Virus record (IMG/VR): IMGVR_UViG_3300036466_000576 | Length of the DNA stretch: 64,000 bases | Source: an uncultured virus (IMG/VR IMGVR_UViG_3300036466_000576) | Lineage: Duplodnaviria > Heunggongvirae > Uroviricota > Caudoviricetes | Strand: one strand, 5' to 3' | Part shown: positions 41,367 through 51,006 of the stretch, one piece after another | Layout: the number at the start of each line of letters is the position of its first letter | Position numbering within the stretch: position 1 is the first letter of the stretch | Position numbers and translations under genes: made by a program | The notes under the pieces: model-generated | Databases searched by the model: none | What the model was told of the DNA's origin: nothing | What the model saw: only the letters and a program-made list of their open reading frames with translations

Positions 41367-41791
41367 AATTTTTCTCTCCTTTTTAATGTCTAATTTTTTA
41401 TGTTTAATAAAATAATTCAAAATATGTCATATATATAAACTCAATTTAAATAATTAAAATTGAGATTAACCAGTAAAACATATTAATAAGCCAAAACTTA
41501 AGCAAATTAAAAGTTTAATGTCTAATATTTAATGATTATAGTTAAATTTTACTATTCTTTCTATTTTTTGTCAACTTTTTTTCAATATTTATTACATTTT
41601 TTTAATTTTTTTACATCTTTACAATATTTTTTATTATTTTCTTGACAAAACTATCCAAGAATGATAATATATAAGTATAATATAAAAGTTAAACAAATTT
41701 GAGAATAAAAATTTGGAGAGTGATTAACAAATTAAAAAGTTGTCAGAAAAACATTTAAAAAAATTAATCAAAAGACTAGGAGGAATTAATT

Positions 41792-42073
41792 ATGAAGAGC
41801 ACAGGAATTGTACGCAAAATTGACAATTTGGGAAGAATGGTAATACCAATCGAGCTAAGAAAAACATTAAACATTGACAAAAAGGATCCTATGGAAATAT
41901 TCATTGATGGAGAACAAATTATTTTAAAGAAATACAAGCCAGGATGTGAAATCTGTGGTACAATGGATAATTTAGTAGAGCACGAAGGACATCATGTATG
42001 CGATAGCTGCATTGATGATTTAAAAATCCTTTCCGAAGGTGGAGAACTAGAAAAAAAGAAAGATTCAGAGTAA
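41792..42073 (+). CDS. abrB: AbrB-family transition-state regulator
   Basis: MKSTGIVRKIDNLGRMVIPIELRKTL; C-terminal CEIC...CDSC; TTGACA at 41642. Confidence 0.95.
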   Translation: MKSTGIVRKIDNLGRMVIPIELRKTLNIDKKDPMEIFIDGEQIILKKYKPGCEICGTMDNLVEHEGHHVCDSCIDDLKILSEGGELEKKKDSE

Positions 42074-42130
42074 AAGTAGTTTAGTTTAATATACAAATAT
42101 ATTTGTGTATTTTAAAACCTTATAGACAAA

Positions 42131-42163
42131 AATAAAGCTCCCTAATAAATAGGGAGCTTTATT
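42131..42163. terminator. Bidirectional intrinsic terminator
   Basis: AATAAAGCTCCC / GGGAGCTTTATT. Confidence 0.85.
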
Positions 42164-42167
42164 ATAT

Positions 42168-45100
42168 TTATGATATTTTTTCTTCTTTTTTAGAAGGAAA
42201 AATAGGTTTTTGAATACTATCAAGTATTTCTTTATTGCCTGTATTTGAAATAAAGTCTTTGAATTTTAAATATTCTTCTTTAAAAGATTTTCCTTCTAAA
42301 TATGAAGGAGTCTTTGAAAGAATTTTGGGCTTATAATTTACTGGAGTCCAATCTTTAATTGTGTATTGATTTTCCCCATCTTCTTCTTTTTCAAAAAAGG
42401 TAATAACACCTGCTTCTTCTAAAATCTTAAATACTGTATTTAACTCCATTGAAGAAGTTTTTTTAGAATTAAGATATTTATTACAGTAGTGAATAATAGT
42501 TTTTTCATCTAATACAACACTATCACTTTTTTCCATTTTTACCTGCAATATTTTAGTTACGAGATATATTAATTTTTCTCTTGGGAATTTAATATTAACT
42601 ATGCTTTCATTCACATCAAAATCTTCTTCGTTAAATATCATATGAATTTCGGCTTTCTTACCATCTCTTCCTCCACGACCAGCTTGCTGATTAAAGTCGG
42701 TAGTAGTAAAATTAGGATGGTACATTACTATATGCCTAATATCTTTAATATTAACCCCTTCTCCAAAAGCGGAAGTTGCCATAATCATATTAATCTGACC
42801 TTCTTTAAACCACTTTTCAATCTTTTTGCGTTCATTTCTGGTCATATCTCCATGATAAAAACCAACCTTATATTCTCCAGGAGATTCTTTATGAATTATC
42901 TCCATGGTATCCATAGCCTGCCTTTTGGAATTGAAATATGATATTGCTTTTTTACCAGTATATAAAAGTTTTTTTAGATAATTAATTTTTCCTTCATCAT
43001 CTAACTTATTTCTCATATCTATGATTTTCAAATTATCTCTAGTATGCTTATCCTTTACTAAAGAATCAATTGATATTTTATTTTTAATAATATCGAAATA
43101 TTTATCTGGGCAGGTTGCAGTAGTAATGTAAACCTGCTCCACATTTAAATATTTTATAGTTTTATCTAGATCTTTATATCCACTCCTATCTCTGGCAAGA
43201 TAATGACCTTCATCAACAACCATAAATCCAATATTATCATTTCTCATAGACATTTTATAGTAGTTTAGAAATTCAGGAGTTGCCAATACAATATCTATTT
43301 GATTATTTTGCATATCATTAAATAATTCATCTTTTTGATTTTTAGATAAATCTCCATTTGCAAGTCTAACTGTAATTCCCAGAGGATCCATAAACTTTCT
43401 AATAGATTCTCTCTGATCATTAATTAAGGCCTTAAGAGGATATACAAAAATACTATTTTTGTTCTTCTTTAGTGCTAAAAAAGCAGCATAGAGTTGAAAA
43501 ACAATGCTTTTACCTCTTCCAGTTCCCATAATAGTCATTACATTATCGTTCTCGTAGAGTTTGTTTAAGGCTCTTTTTTGTTCCTTATAAAGAGTAGCTT
43601 TTTCTCCTAAAAACATAGATGTTAATTTATCAATAGATTCTTTGAAATCTAATTTTTTGAATTCTTTTTCATACTTATTTCTATTTATTTTTTTTGCTGT
43701 ATCATAATTTTCTCCTTCTGAAGTAAATACGCTAATGTTAACCCCGTAATTACCATCTTCTTCTTCAAAACCATCAGTTATACTTTCTATTACAGCTTTA
43801 TATTCAACACCTTCGTCTATTTTGGGTGCTAATTTTTTAGCTAGATCCTTATTAATATACCCTAAGTCTTTACCTTCATATAGTGCTAAAATTGCATTTT
43901 CATCATATGAGTTTTCAGGTTCTCTTTGAAGTTCTAATTCATTGTTTTTAACCAGCCTTGCGTCAGATATATTAATAATATGTTGTTGTCGATTATCAAA
44001 ACTAACACCAACCAATTTTGTATTAAACGAAGGAACCTCTTCAATACCTCTATATTTTTCTTTTCCCATAATATTTTTTTGATTAATCATTTTTTGCAAG
44101 AACGCTTCTATTGCATCTGACTCTTCTTTAGCTTCATAAAAGTCAATTCTAGATATATTTAACTGAACATTTCTACCTCTAAAATAATTTATTTCTGGTG
44201 AATAAATAATATTAGCCCAAAGGTTTTTTAAATCAATATCTTTTAATTTATTATTGATTTCATCTCCTTTATACCACATTAAACCATCCATTAATAAATC
44301 GTCTTTTTGAAGCATTAGTTTTACATGTTTTCCTTCTGATAAGTAAATTACATCAGCAACTTTTACTTTTTCGCTGTGAAAAATAGGAGATTCATTAGCA
44401 GAACCAAAAGGTTTTAACCTCATAAATTCATCCATTAATTCAATATTATTATCTTCTAGATCAACGCTAATGTCATATTTAACTACACCTTCAAACTTAT
44501 TCAGATCGCAATTTTTTTCTATCCATTCATTGAGAGCAGCTCTAAATTCATTTAGTTTTCCTTTTTTAATAGATAATCCAGCAGCCATTTCATGACCACC
44601 AAAACTATTTAAATACTCCTGGCTATGATAAATAATATCATATATATTAATATCATTTATACTACGAGCTGAACCCTTTAGAGTAGCTAAATCAATGATT
44701 ATGGTCGGTTTAGTATATTTTTCAGCTATGCGACTTGCAATAATTCCAGCAAGACTAACTTTTACATTTTCTCCACCTACTACAATTACATTATCTTTGG
44801 ATAAACCTTCTTCTTCGATTTTTTTATCTATAATATTTTGCTGTTTTATTGTTTCTTCTTTTCTTAGTTTATTAAGTTTAGCAAATTTTTCAGCCAATTC
44901 CTTAACTCTTCCTAAATTATCTGAAGTAAATAATTCAACAACTTCATAAACCGTATTTGTCATTCTATTTACAGCATTAATTAACGGTCCAATATTAAAA
45001 CCAATGGTATTTTCATCAATAATATCTGTATGACTTAAAGTATTCATTAATGCTTTTATTCCATTATTTACTGGTTCCTCTAATTGTTCTATATGCTTTT

Positions 45101-45869
45101 TAACCAATACTCTGTTTTCATCTAATAATTTCACGCTATCTGCAATTGTAGCAACCATAGCAAGCTCTAAAGCATCAGGAATAATCTCAATGAGTTTTAG
45201 GCTATCATTGTTATTAACCCTCTGAAATAGCCTTTCACAGACCTTATAAGCTGTAAATGCTCCACAGATATTTGGATCTGGATATTCTCCCTGTTTAGCG
45301 TTAATAACTGCATAAGCTTTTTCAGGAAATTTATTTTCGTCAATAGTATGGTGATCAGTTATAATGAAATTAATATTATATTTGTTTACAATTTTTTCAA
45401 CAAGTTCCCCTTCACTAATACCCAAATCAACAGTAATAATTAATTTATTGTCTTTTGAAATTTCTTCTAAAGCACTTTCATTTAAACCATAACCCTCTTT
45501 TCTTGAGGGAATATAGTATTTTATTTTTGACATGGAACCACTAATTTTTTTAAGGTTTTTTAAGCTTTTTACAAAAATTGAAGTCGCTGTTGTTCCATCA
45601 ACATCATAATCGCCAAAAATAGTGATGTTTTCATTGTTTTTAATTGTTTTTATTATTTTATTAACTGCCTTATCAATGTTTTTTAATTTTTTAGCTGGAT
45701 ATAAATCTTTTTCTTTACTAAGAAGAAAATCTTCAAAATCTTTTTCTTCAATTCTAGAAAGCAATAATTTTACGGAGATCTCACTTAAATTATGTTTTTT
45801 AGATAATGATTTAACTTTTTTAATATCATATTCTTTTTTTTGTATCCATTTTTCCTTTTTAATTTTCAT
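42168..45869 (-). CDS. recJ: RecJ exonuclease fused to HIRAN and RecQ-like SF2 helicase domains
   Basis: GDYDVDG, TDHH, GGHEMAAG; LQREPENSYDENAI...LGYI; GTGRGKS, DEGH, QQAGRGGRDG. Confidence 0.92.
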   Translation of the reverse strand: MKIKKEKWIQKKEYDIKKVKSLSKKHNLSEISVKLLLSRIEEKDFEDFLLSKEKDLYPAKKLKNIDKAVNKIIKTIKNNENITIFGDYDVDGTTATSIFVKSLKNLKKISGSMSKIKYYIPSRKEGYGLNESALEEISKDNKLIITVDLGISEGELVEKIVNKYNINFIITDHHTIDENKFPEKAYAVINAKQGEYPDPNICGAFTAYKVCERLFQRVNNNDSLKLIEIIPDALELAMVATIADSVKLLDENRVLVKKHIEQLEEPVNNGIKALMNTLSHTDIIDENTIGFNIGPLINAVNRMTNTVYEVVELFTSDNLGRVKELAEKFAKLNKLRKEETIKQQNIIDKKIEEEGLSKDNVIVVGGENVKVSLAGIIASRIAEKYTKPTIIIDLATLKGSARSINDINIYDIIYHSQEYLNSFGGHEMAAGLSIKKGKLNEFRAALNEWIEKNCDLNKFEGVVKYDISVDLEDNNIELMDEFMRLKPFGSANESPIFHSEKVKVADVIYLSEGKHVKLMLQKDDLLMDGLMWYKGDEINNKLKDIDLKNLWANIIYSPEINYFRGRNVQLNISRIDFYEAKEESDAIEAFLQKMINQKNIMGKEKYRGIEEVPSFNTKLVGVSFDNRQQHIINISDARLVKNNELELQREPENSYDENAILALYEGKDLGYINKDLAKKLAPKIDEGVEYKAVIESITDGFEEEDGNYGVNISVFTSEGENYDTAKKINRNKYEKEFKKLDFKESIDKLTSMFLGEKATLYKEQKRALNKLYENDNVMTIMGTGRGKSIVFQLYAAFLALKKNKNSIFVYPLKALINDQRESIRKFMDPLGITVRLANGDLSKNQKDELFNDMQNNQIDIVLATPEFLNYYKMSMRNDNIGFMVVDEGHYLARDRSGYKDLDKTIKYLNVEQVYITTATCPDKYFDIIKNKISIDSLVKDKHTRDNLKIIDMRNKLDDEGKINYLKKLLYTGKKAISYFNSKRQAMDTMEIIHKESPGEYKVGFYHGDMTRNERKKIEKWFKEGQINMIMATSAFGEGVNIKDIRHIVMYHPNFTTTDFNQQAGRGGRDGKKAEIHMIFNEEDFDVNESIVNIKFPREKLIYLVTKILQVKMEKSDSVVLDEKTIIHYCNKYLNSKKTSSMELNTVFKILEEAGVITFFEKEEDGENQYTIKDWTPVNYKPKILSKTPSYLEGKSFKEEYLKFKDFISNTGNKEILDSIQKPIFPSKKEEKIS

Positions 45870-45941
45870 TTTTTTACCTCCTTATGTCTTTTATTTCAAT
45901 ACATATGTCATATTTATCGAAAAATTTTATAAAAGTTAGTT

Positions 45942-45992
45942 GACAAACAGATGTTTGTCTGTTATTATATAAATAAGTTAAACATCTGTTCG
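45942..45992. promoter_or_regulatory. Two Firmicute-type LexA (SOS) box candidates upstream of recJ
   Basis: AAACAGATGTTT at 45945-45956 inside palindrome GACAAACA-GA-TGTTTGTC; CGAACAGATGTTT on minus strand at 45980-45992. Confidence 0.7.
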
Positions 45993-46025
45993 CCATATTA
46001 AATAATCTTCTCTTTTTAAGATTAT

Positions 46026-46505
46026 TTATAGATTATTAATTTGACCGATTATATCTTGAATAAGATCTGTAAATTCTTGTTGCTGTATATCTTTTTTTGT
46101 TATATAATATCTAAGAGACTGTTCTATTTTATCGAGTTTATTAATAAAATCTTTCTGTTCAGCTTTTTTGTATTTGACCACATTTAATGAACTGATTTTT
46201 AAATTGTAGTCTCTTACTCTAGTGGTTAAATTATTAAAATAATTATAAATATAACTTTCTTTTAAATCTTCTTTTTCATTTTTGATTTTTAATAGCTCAC
46301 CCCTTTCTTGTTTTAAGCTGACACGAACAGATATAAGTTTTTCTTCTAATGTTCTTTCAGCAATTAATATTGAACTATAATCATTTTCTTTATCAACAAT
46401 ATTGCTAAAATTTTCGCTATTATTAAAAATAAGAAAACCTGAAATAAAAACCATAATAATACCAACGATAATAACAATTTGAAGTGTGCCATTGGAGTTC
46501 TTTAT
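46026..46505 (-). CDS. Single-TM coiled-coil protein with putative ATA start
   Basis: AAAGGAGG 7 nt before ATA 46505; the called ATG 46538 has no RBS and abuts a -10 box. Confidence 0.65.
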   Translation of the reverse strand: MKNSNGTLQIVIIVGIIMVFISGFLIFNNSENFSNIVDKENDYSSILIAERTLEEKLISVRVSLKQERGELLKIKNEKEDLKESYIYNYFNNLTTRVRDYNLKISSLNVVKYKKAEQKDFINKLDKIEQSLRYYITKKDIQQQEFTDLIQDIIGQINNL

Positions 46506-46671
46506 ATTCTTTCCTCCTTTATTATACTTAATTACCATATTATAACATTATTATATAATATAAATTATACTTTTACAAATTTTATTTTATACTCCACATA
46601 TAGTTGGATGAAATAATTTTAATCCACTATTTTTTGGAAATTATGTAATTATATTTTTTTTAAGATTTTTC

Positions 46672-46700
46672 TTGACAATATAAAAATGCAATGCTATAAT
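46672..46700 (+). promoter_or_regulatory. Consensus sigma-A promoter
   Basis: TTGACA, 17 bp, TATAAT with extended TG. Confidence 0.85.
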
Positions 46701-46889
46701 ATATATATATTATGAAAAGCCGACATAAATTAACAAATTTCTTAAACGAATAAACATTTTTGGTTTTTCTAATTTTTTTTGTATTTATCTTAATGTCAAA
46801 AGATTAAACAGCATAATGTTCATTGTAGGGGTGTCAGTAACACTAGTTTAAAAAATGTTAAATAAAAAATCTTACTTGGAGGTAACAAA

Positions 46890-47147
46890 GTGAAAACATC
46901 AATTGAAAAAGGAATGGTTTGTGATATTTGCGGTGCGGAAGATAATTTAGAGAGAGATGATTTAAATAACATTCTCTGTCCCGACTGCAAAGATATGCCA
47001 GAAATTAAAGGCGACTTTGAAGGAATTTGTGATGGATGCGGAAAACCATTAGAAAATCTGGAAGATCATACAGACGAGTATGGCAATATCTTTTGTTCAG
47101 AGTGTCAGGAATTAAAGGAACAAATTGATAAAAATTTAACACTGTAA
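46890..47147 (+). CDS. Small acidic tandem C4 zinc-finger protein
   Basis: CDIC..CPDC and CDGC..CSEC; RBS GGAGGT, GTG start. Confidence 0.8.
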   Translation: MKTSIEKGMVCDICGAEDNLERDDLNNILCPDCKDMPEIKGDFEGICDGCGKPLENLEDHTDEYGNIFCSECQELKEQIDKNLTL

Positions 47148-47258
47148 TTAATTCAATTTATAAGTTTTAAAAAAGCCTTTCAAACTTGAAAGGTTTTTTT
47201 TATGACATCAAAAATGAAACCCACCATAATTAAATGGCAGGTTTTATTTTTTTAAGTT

Positions 47259-48095
47259 TTAATCTAAATATTCTTCATCATCTTCAATTTCTTCAACTTC
47301 TTCATAAATAATTTCAGTCGATTCTTCTCTTCTCTTTTTTACAAACCAAACAATTCCAATAACTAACAGAATAAGCAATAAAATAATAACTGTAAATTTA
47401 ATAATGCTTCCCATCATACTTCCATTATTATTATCTTCTTCGACAATTTCTAAAGGTTCTTTTTCTACTGGTTGTTCATTTCTCATTTCAGCTTCATTAT
47501 AAACTTCATTTAAAGAAAAGAACTGAATTGTTGGAAGTTCTTTTGCTTTCTCAAAATTAACTTCAAATTGTGAAGAACCTACAGTTGCTTCAGTTGCTAA
47601 AACAAAATAATCAAGTAATCGCCCAATATTTTCATTAAGTGATTGATCTAAATTTTGATAACTTAAACTTTTATCAAACTGAGTCATAAAATTATAAATC
47701 ATATAATAATTTATTTTATTCTGCAGCTTATCATCAACATACAATTTATAATTCCCACTATTGTTATCGTAAATAAACAATACAACACCTTTTTCCTGTA
47801 GTGAATTATAATTAAACTGTTCAACAAGAGAATATAAACCTTCTCTAACCTTCCCTTCTCCATTTAAATCAACAATTTGAACATAAAATTCAACATTGTG
47901 ATTACTAAAATAATTAACTGCACTTTCCTGCAAATTCCTTAAGGTTGTCTGACTTAACACTTTATTTTCTGTTAAATCATAAACAAACTGCTTATTTTCG
48001 TATTGTTCTGTTTGAGTATTTGATAAATCTTGAGCAAGTCCAATACCACCAAATAACAATAAAAATACTAATGTAAAAGATAAAATTTTCTTCAT
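47259..48095 (-). CDS. TPM (DUF477)-like surface protein with C-terminal anchor
   Basis: Signal peptide; FVYDLT...VLS, VEFYVQIV, GVVLFI; C-terminal TM followed by KKRR. Confidence 0.7.
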   Translation of the reverse strand: MKKILSFTLVFLLLFGGIGLAQDLSNTQTEQYENKQFVYDLTENKVLSQTTLRNLQESAVNYFSNHNVEFYVQIVDLNGEGKVREGLYSLVEQFNYNSLQEKGVVLFIYDNNSGNYKLYVDDKLQNKINYYMIYNFMTQFDKSLSYQNLDQSLNENIGRLLDYFVLATEATVGSSQFEVNFEKAKELPTIQFFSLNEVYNEAEMRNEQPVEKEPLEIVEEDNNNGSMMGSIIKFTVIILLLILLVIGIVWFVKKRREESTEIIYEEVEEIEDDEEYLD

Positions 48096-48120
48096 GATTT
48101 TTAGCTAAACAATTAGCTAA

Positions 48121-48669
48121 TTAAACACCTCCATTAATTTTATAAAACTCATTTTCTTTATTAGATACTAAACAACCTATAACTTTTTGCAAATCTTCTT
48201 CTTTTATTGTTTTTAAAGAAAGAAATAAATTATATTTTAAATCTATAAAAAAATATTCTATTAAAAAAATAATTTGATTTATTTCGAAAACATTAATATT
48301 ATAACAGTAATATTCTTGTTCAGATAAATATTTCATTATTACATCAACAGCATCATATTTTTTAAAAATATAACTATGTGTCTTTTTTGCTTTTTGATTA
48401 GCCCTAAATTTATCTTCTTTTAATAAACAGTCTATTTTAGGTTTTGCAAACATCTGTAATCCTTCTTTTTTTTCTTCACTTATTTTTTTAACAGATAAAT
48501 AATATCTTTGAAGATAATTTTTACCACAAATATATTTTTGTGGTTTAGCAATATCTTCACTGTTTATATTATTCATTAAAAGTGGACATTGATTTATTAG
48601 AAAATTTTTATCACAGTTATTTAAACAGTATTCACCAGGGGAACGATTTTTTAATATAAGTTCCTTTAT
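48121..48669 (-). CDS. Cys-containing hypothetical protein with putative ATA start
   Basis: Frame open 31 codons above the called ATG, up to AAGGAGTTGA-TTAAAA-ATA. Confidence 0.6.
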   Translation of the reverse strand: MKELILKNRSPGEYCLNNCDKNFLINQCPLLMNNINSEDIAKPQKYICGKNYLQRYYLSVKKISEEKKEGLQMFAKPKIDCLLKEDKFRANQKAKKTHSYIFKKYDAVDVIMKYLSEQEYYCYNINVFEINQIIFLIEYFFIDLKYNLFLSLKTIKEEDLQKVIGCLVSNKENEFYKINGGV

Positions 48670-48844
48670 TTTTAATCAACTCCTTTTAGTTGAAAATGAA
48701 ATAACAACATTCTTTTATTAAGATAATATTACCATAATTAACCATCTATGTCAATATAAATTTCCTATTTACCTTTGAGTTGACTTTTTTGGAAAATAAT
48801 GTTAATATTATTTTATAAATACTACTTTAAAAGGAGGCTCATTT

Positions 48845-49321
48845 ATGGATTTCAGTCTTGAAAATTTAAAAGAATTAAATTTACAAGAAAAATTATATAT
48901 TACTATTGCTCTTTTTATTCTTTTTATTATTATTATTTTAATTTTTAATATGGCTAGTTATGAACCTGATCTATATGAAAAAATTGAAGAATTTATAGAA
49001 GCTACAGAAAATTTAAATTTAGAAAAACTCTTAACCATAACAGGAGGAACATTCCATGAAAATTTAGTTAAAAGAAAAGAAACAATAAATAATGTGAAAA
49101 AAGATATTGCTTTTCATGGAAATATATTAGATTTTAATATCAAAATCATTGAAAAACAAACCTATAGAGCGAGAGTTGAAGTAACTGTTAGAATAAGAGA
49201 AAATCTTCGTGGAAGACCTGCAACTAACTTTAAACATATTTTCTTGTTAGATTTTATTAAGAGTAATAACGAATGGAAAGTTGCAAAAGTAACTACTGTA
49301 AATACTAAAATTGTTCCTTAA
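48845..49321 (+). CDS. Single-TM protein with NTF2-like domain
   Basis: TM then ARVEVTV...FIKSNNEWKV. Confidence 0.65.
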   Translation: MDFSLENLKELNLQEKLYITIALFILFIIIILIFNMASYEPDLYEKIEEFIEATENLNLEKLLTITGGTFHENLVKRKETINNVKKDIAFHGNILDFNIKIIEKQTYRARVEVTVRIRENLRGRPATNFKHIFLLDFIKSNNEWKVAKVTTVNTKIVP

Positions 49322-49405
49322 CAAAAACAAATAAGTATGATATTATATAATATATATTAATAAAATAAGACATCTTTATAAAATACTGACAAAAGGAGAA
49401 ATATT

Positions 49406-50005
49406 ATGAAATCAAAAAAAGAAGTTTTAAACAGCTTAGCTGAAATTATTCAATTAGATAATCAACAAAAAGAAATCCTATTAAAACAAAAATTTCATAA
49501 AATTTTAAATGCAGATATTATTAAAGACTTACTGAATTTAAATAAGCAGCAAAAGAATTTATACGATAATTTATTTTTATTTCACAGAAATTTAGAAAAA
49601 GTTTATAGTTCTGAACAATTACAAACCATTTATACCCCCGAAGATGCGTTAAATATTATTGCTCCATATATGAGTTCATTGAATGTCGAAGAAATGGTTG
49701 CAGTTTATTTAAATAACAATAGAGAAATCCTAGATATTAAAGTCATAGGGAAAGGACACGAATCGATGGTTCCAATATCCCCTACATCTGTTTTTAAATT
49801 TGCATTAATATTAAATGCTTCTGGAGTTTTATTAGCTCATAATCACCCAGGAGGAAGTTCCAGATTTTCAAAAGAAGATTATAATATAACTGAACTAATA
49901 GAAAAAACAGGTAATTATTTAAATATTACTCTGATAGACCATTTAATATATACTAAGCAAGGAATAATCAGCTATGCAGAAGAAGATATAATTAAAAAAA
50001 TATAA
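49406..50005 (+). CDS. radC: RadC/JAB-domain protein
   Basis: VEEMVAVYLN, LAHNHPGG..FSKED, LIDHLI. Confidence 0.9.
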   Translation: MKSKKEVLNSLAEIIQLDNQQKEILLKQKFHKILNADIIKDLLNLNKQQKNLYDNLFLFHRNLEKVYSSEQLQTIYTPEDALNIIAPYMSSLNVEEMVAVYLNNNREILDIKVIGKGHESMVPISPTSVFKFALILNASGVLLAHNHPGGSSRFSKEDYNITELIEKTGNYLNITLIDHLIYTKQGIISYAEEDIIKKI

Positions 50006-50118
50006 GCTAAAACAACCTCTTAAAAGGGGTTGTTTTTTTATGTTTTAATTACCAAAAATTGACATTATTATTAAAATATGGTATGATGCTACTATATTAA
50101 TAAAAAGGTGGTGATTTT

Positions 50119-50412
50119 TTGGTTAGGGGAAGAAAAGCTGTTACCTCCGATGTTCCATATGAGATTGGAGAAATAAAAAAAGGACTAAACGCTTTAATTG
50201 GGGCGGAGGTTCAATGGAATAAAAATTACGAAGATAGACGGAAGAATACTATTTATTTAAGAGGAATTATTGAGAAAACATATTCTCATTTATTTTCCAT
50301 AAAATTAAACAATGGGAGGGTTGTTACTTTTACCTATCAGGATATTTATGCGAAAAATATAAAACTACTTTCAACAAAAACTGGTTCAAATATTTTAAAT
50401 AAAATTGTTTAA
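50119..50412 (+). CDS. veg: Veg-family protein
   Basis: RRK...RGIIEKTYSHLFSI...TFTYQDI; promoter TTGACA-17-TATGAT at 50059-50087. Confidence 0.85.
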   Translation: MVRGRKAVTSDVPYEIGEIKKGLNALIGAEVQWNKNYEDRRKNTIYLRGIIEKTYSHLFSIKLNNGRVVTFTYQDIYAKNIKLLSTKTGSNILNKIV

Positions 50413-50432
50413 TAACAATTTTATAAAGCAAG

Positions 50433-50981
50433 GTGGTGATTATTTTGTATCAAAATATTAAAATAATTCTTTTAATACTATTACTTTTAATGTCATTATT
50501 TTATTCTTATCTTATTTATACTAAAGATCTTTCTCTTAATAGGGAAATTACAAATAAAATTAAAAATGAAAAAATGAAAAAAGAACCATTATTTAAACTT
50601 AGCTTAAAAGAAAAATCAGAACAGTCTTTAGACACAATAGAAATATTAAATAATAAAGAACATATAAAACCTTTAAAAAACATAACACAGCCTCAGATGA
50701 ATATTCCAGAAATAACTCCTATCAATACTACAACAAACCATTTAAATAGATTGAAATATAAACATAATAATGGTTTAAGAACTAGCAAAAACCAAAATAT
50801 TTTAAAATCTGAACTACAAAAAAGAGAAAAAACTGTAAGAACCAATATGGATAATATATTTAATAATTTTCAGAGAGACATTAACTCTAAAATTTCTATT
50901 CGTGAAAGTGATTTCTTAGAATTTAAAAATGATATTATGTATGATATGAATAATATGGACAAAATTAAAACCTCCCTATAA
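50433..50981 (+). CDS. Membrane-anchored hypothetical protein
   Basis: N-terminal TM; start uncertain. Confidence 0.65.
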   Translation: MVIILYQNIKIILLILLLLMSLFYSYLIYTKDLSLNREITNKIKNEKMKKEPLFKLSLKEKSEQSLDTIEILNNKEHIKPLKNITQPQMNIPEITPINTTTNHLNRLKYKHNNGLRTSKNQNILKSELQKREKTVRTNMDNIFNNFQRDINSKISIRESDFLEFKNDIMYDMNNMDKIKTSL

Positions 50982-51006
50982 TTTACTTTAGGGAGGGTTT
51001 AATTAT

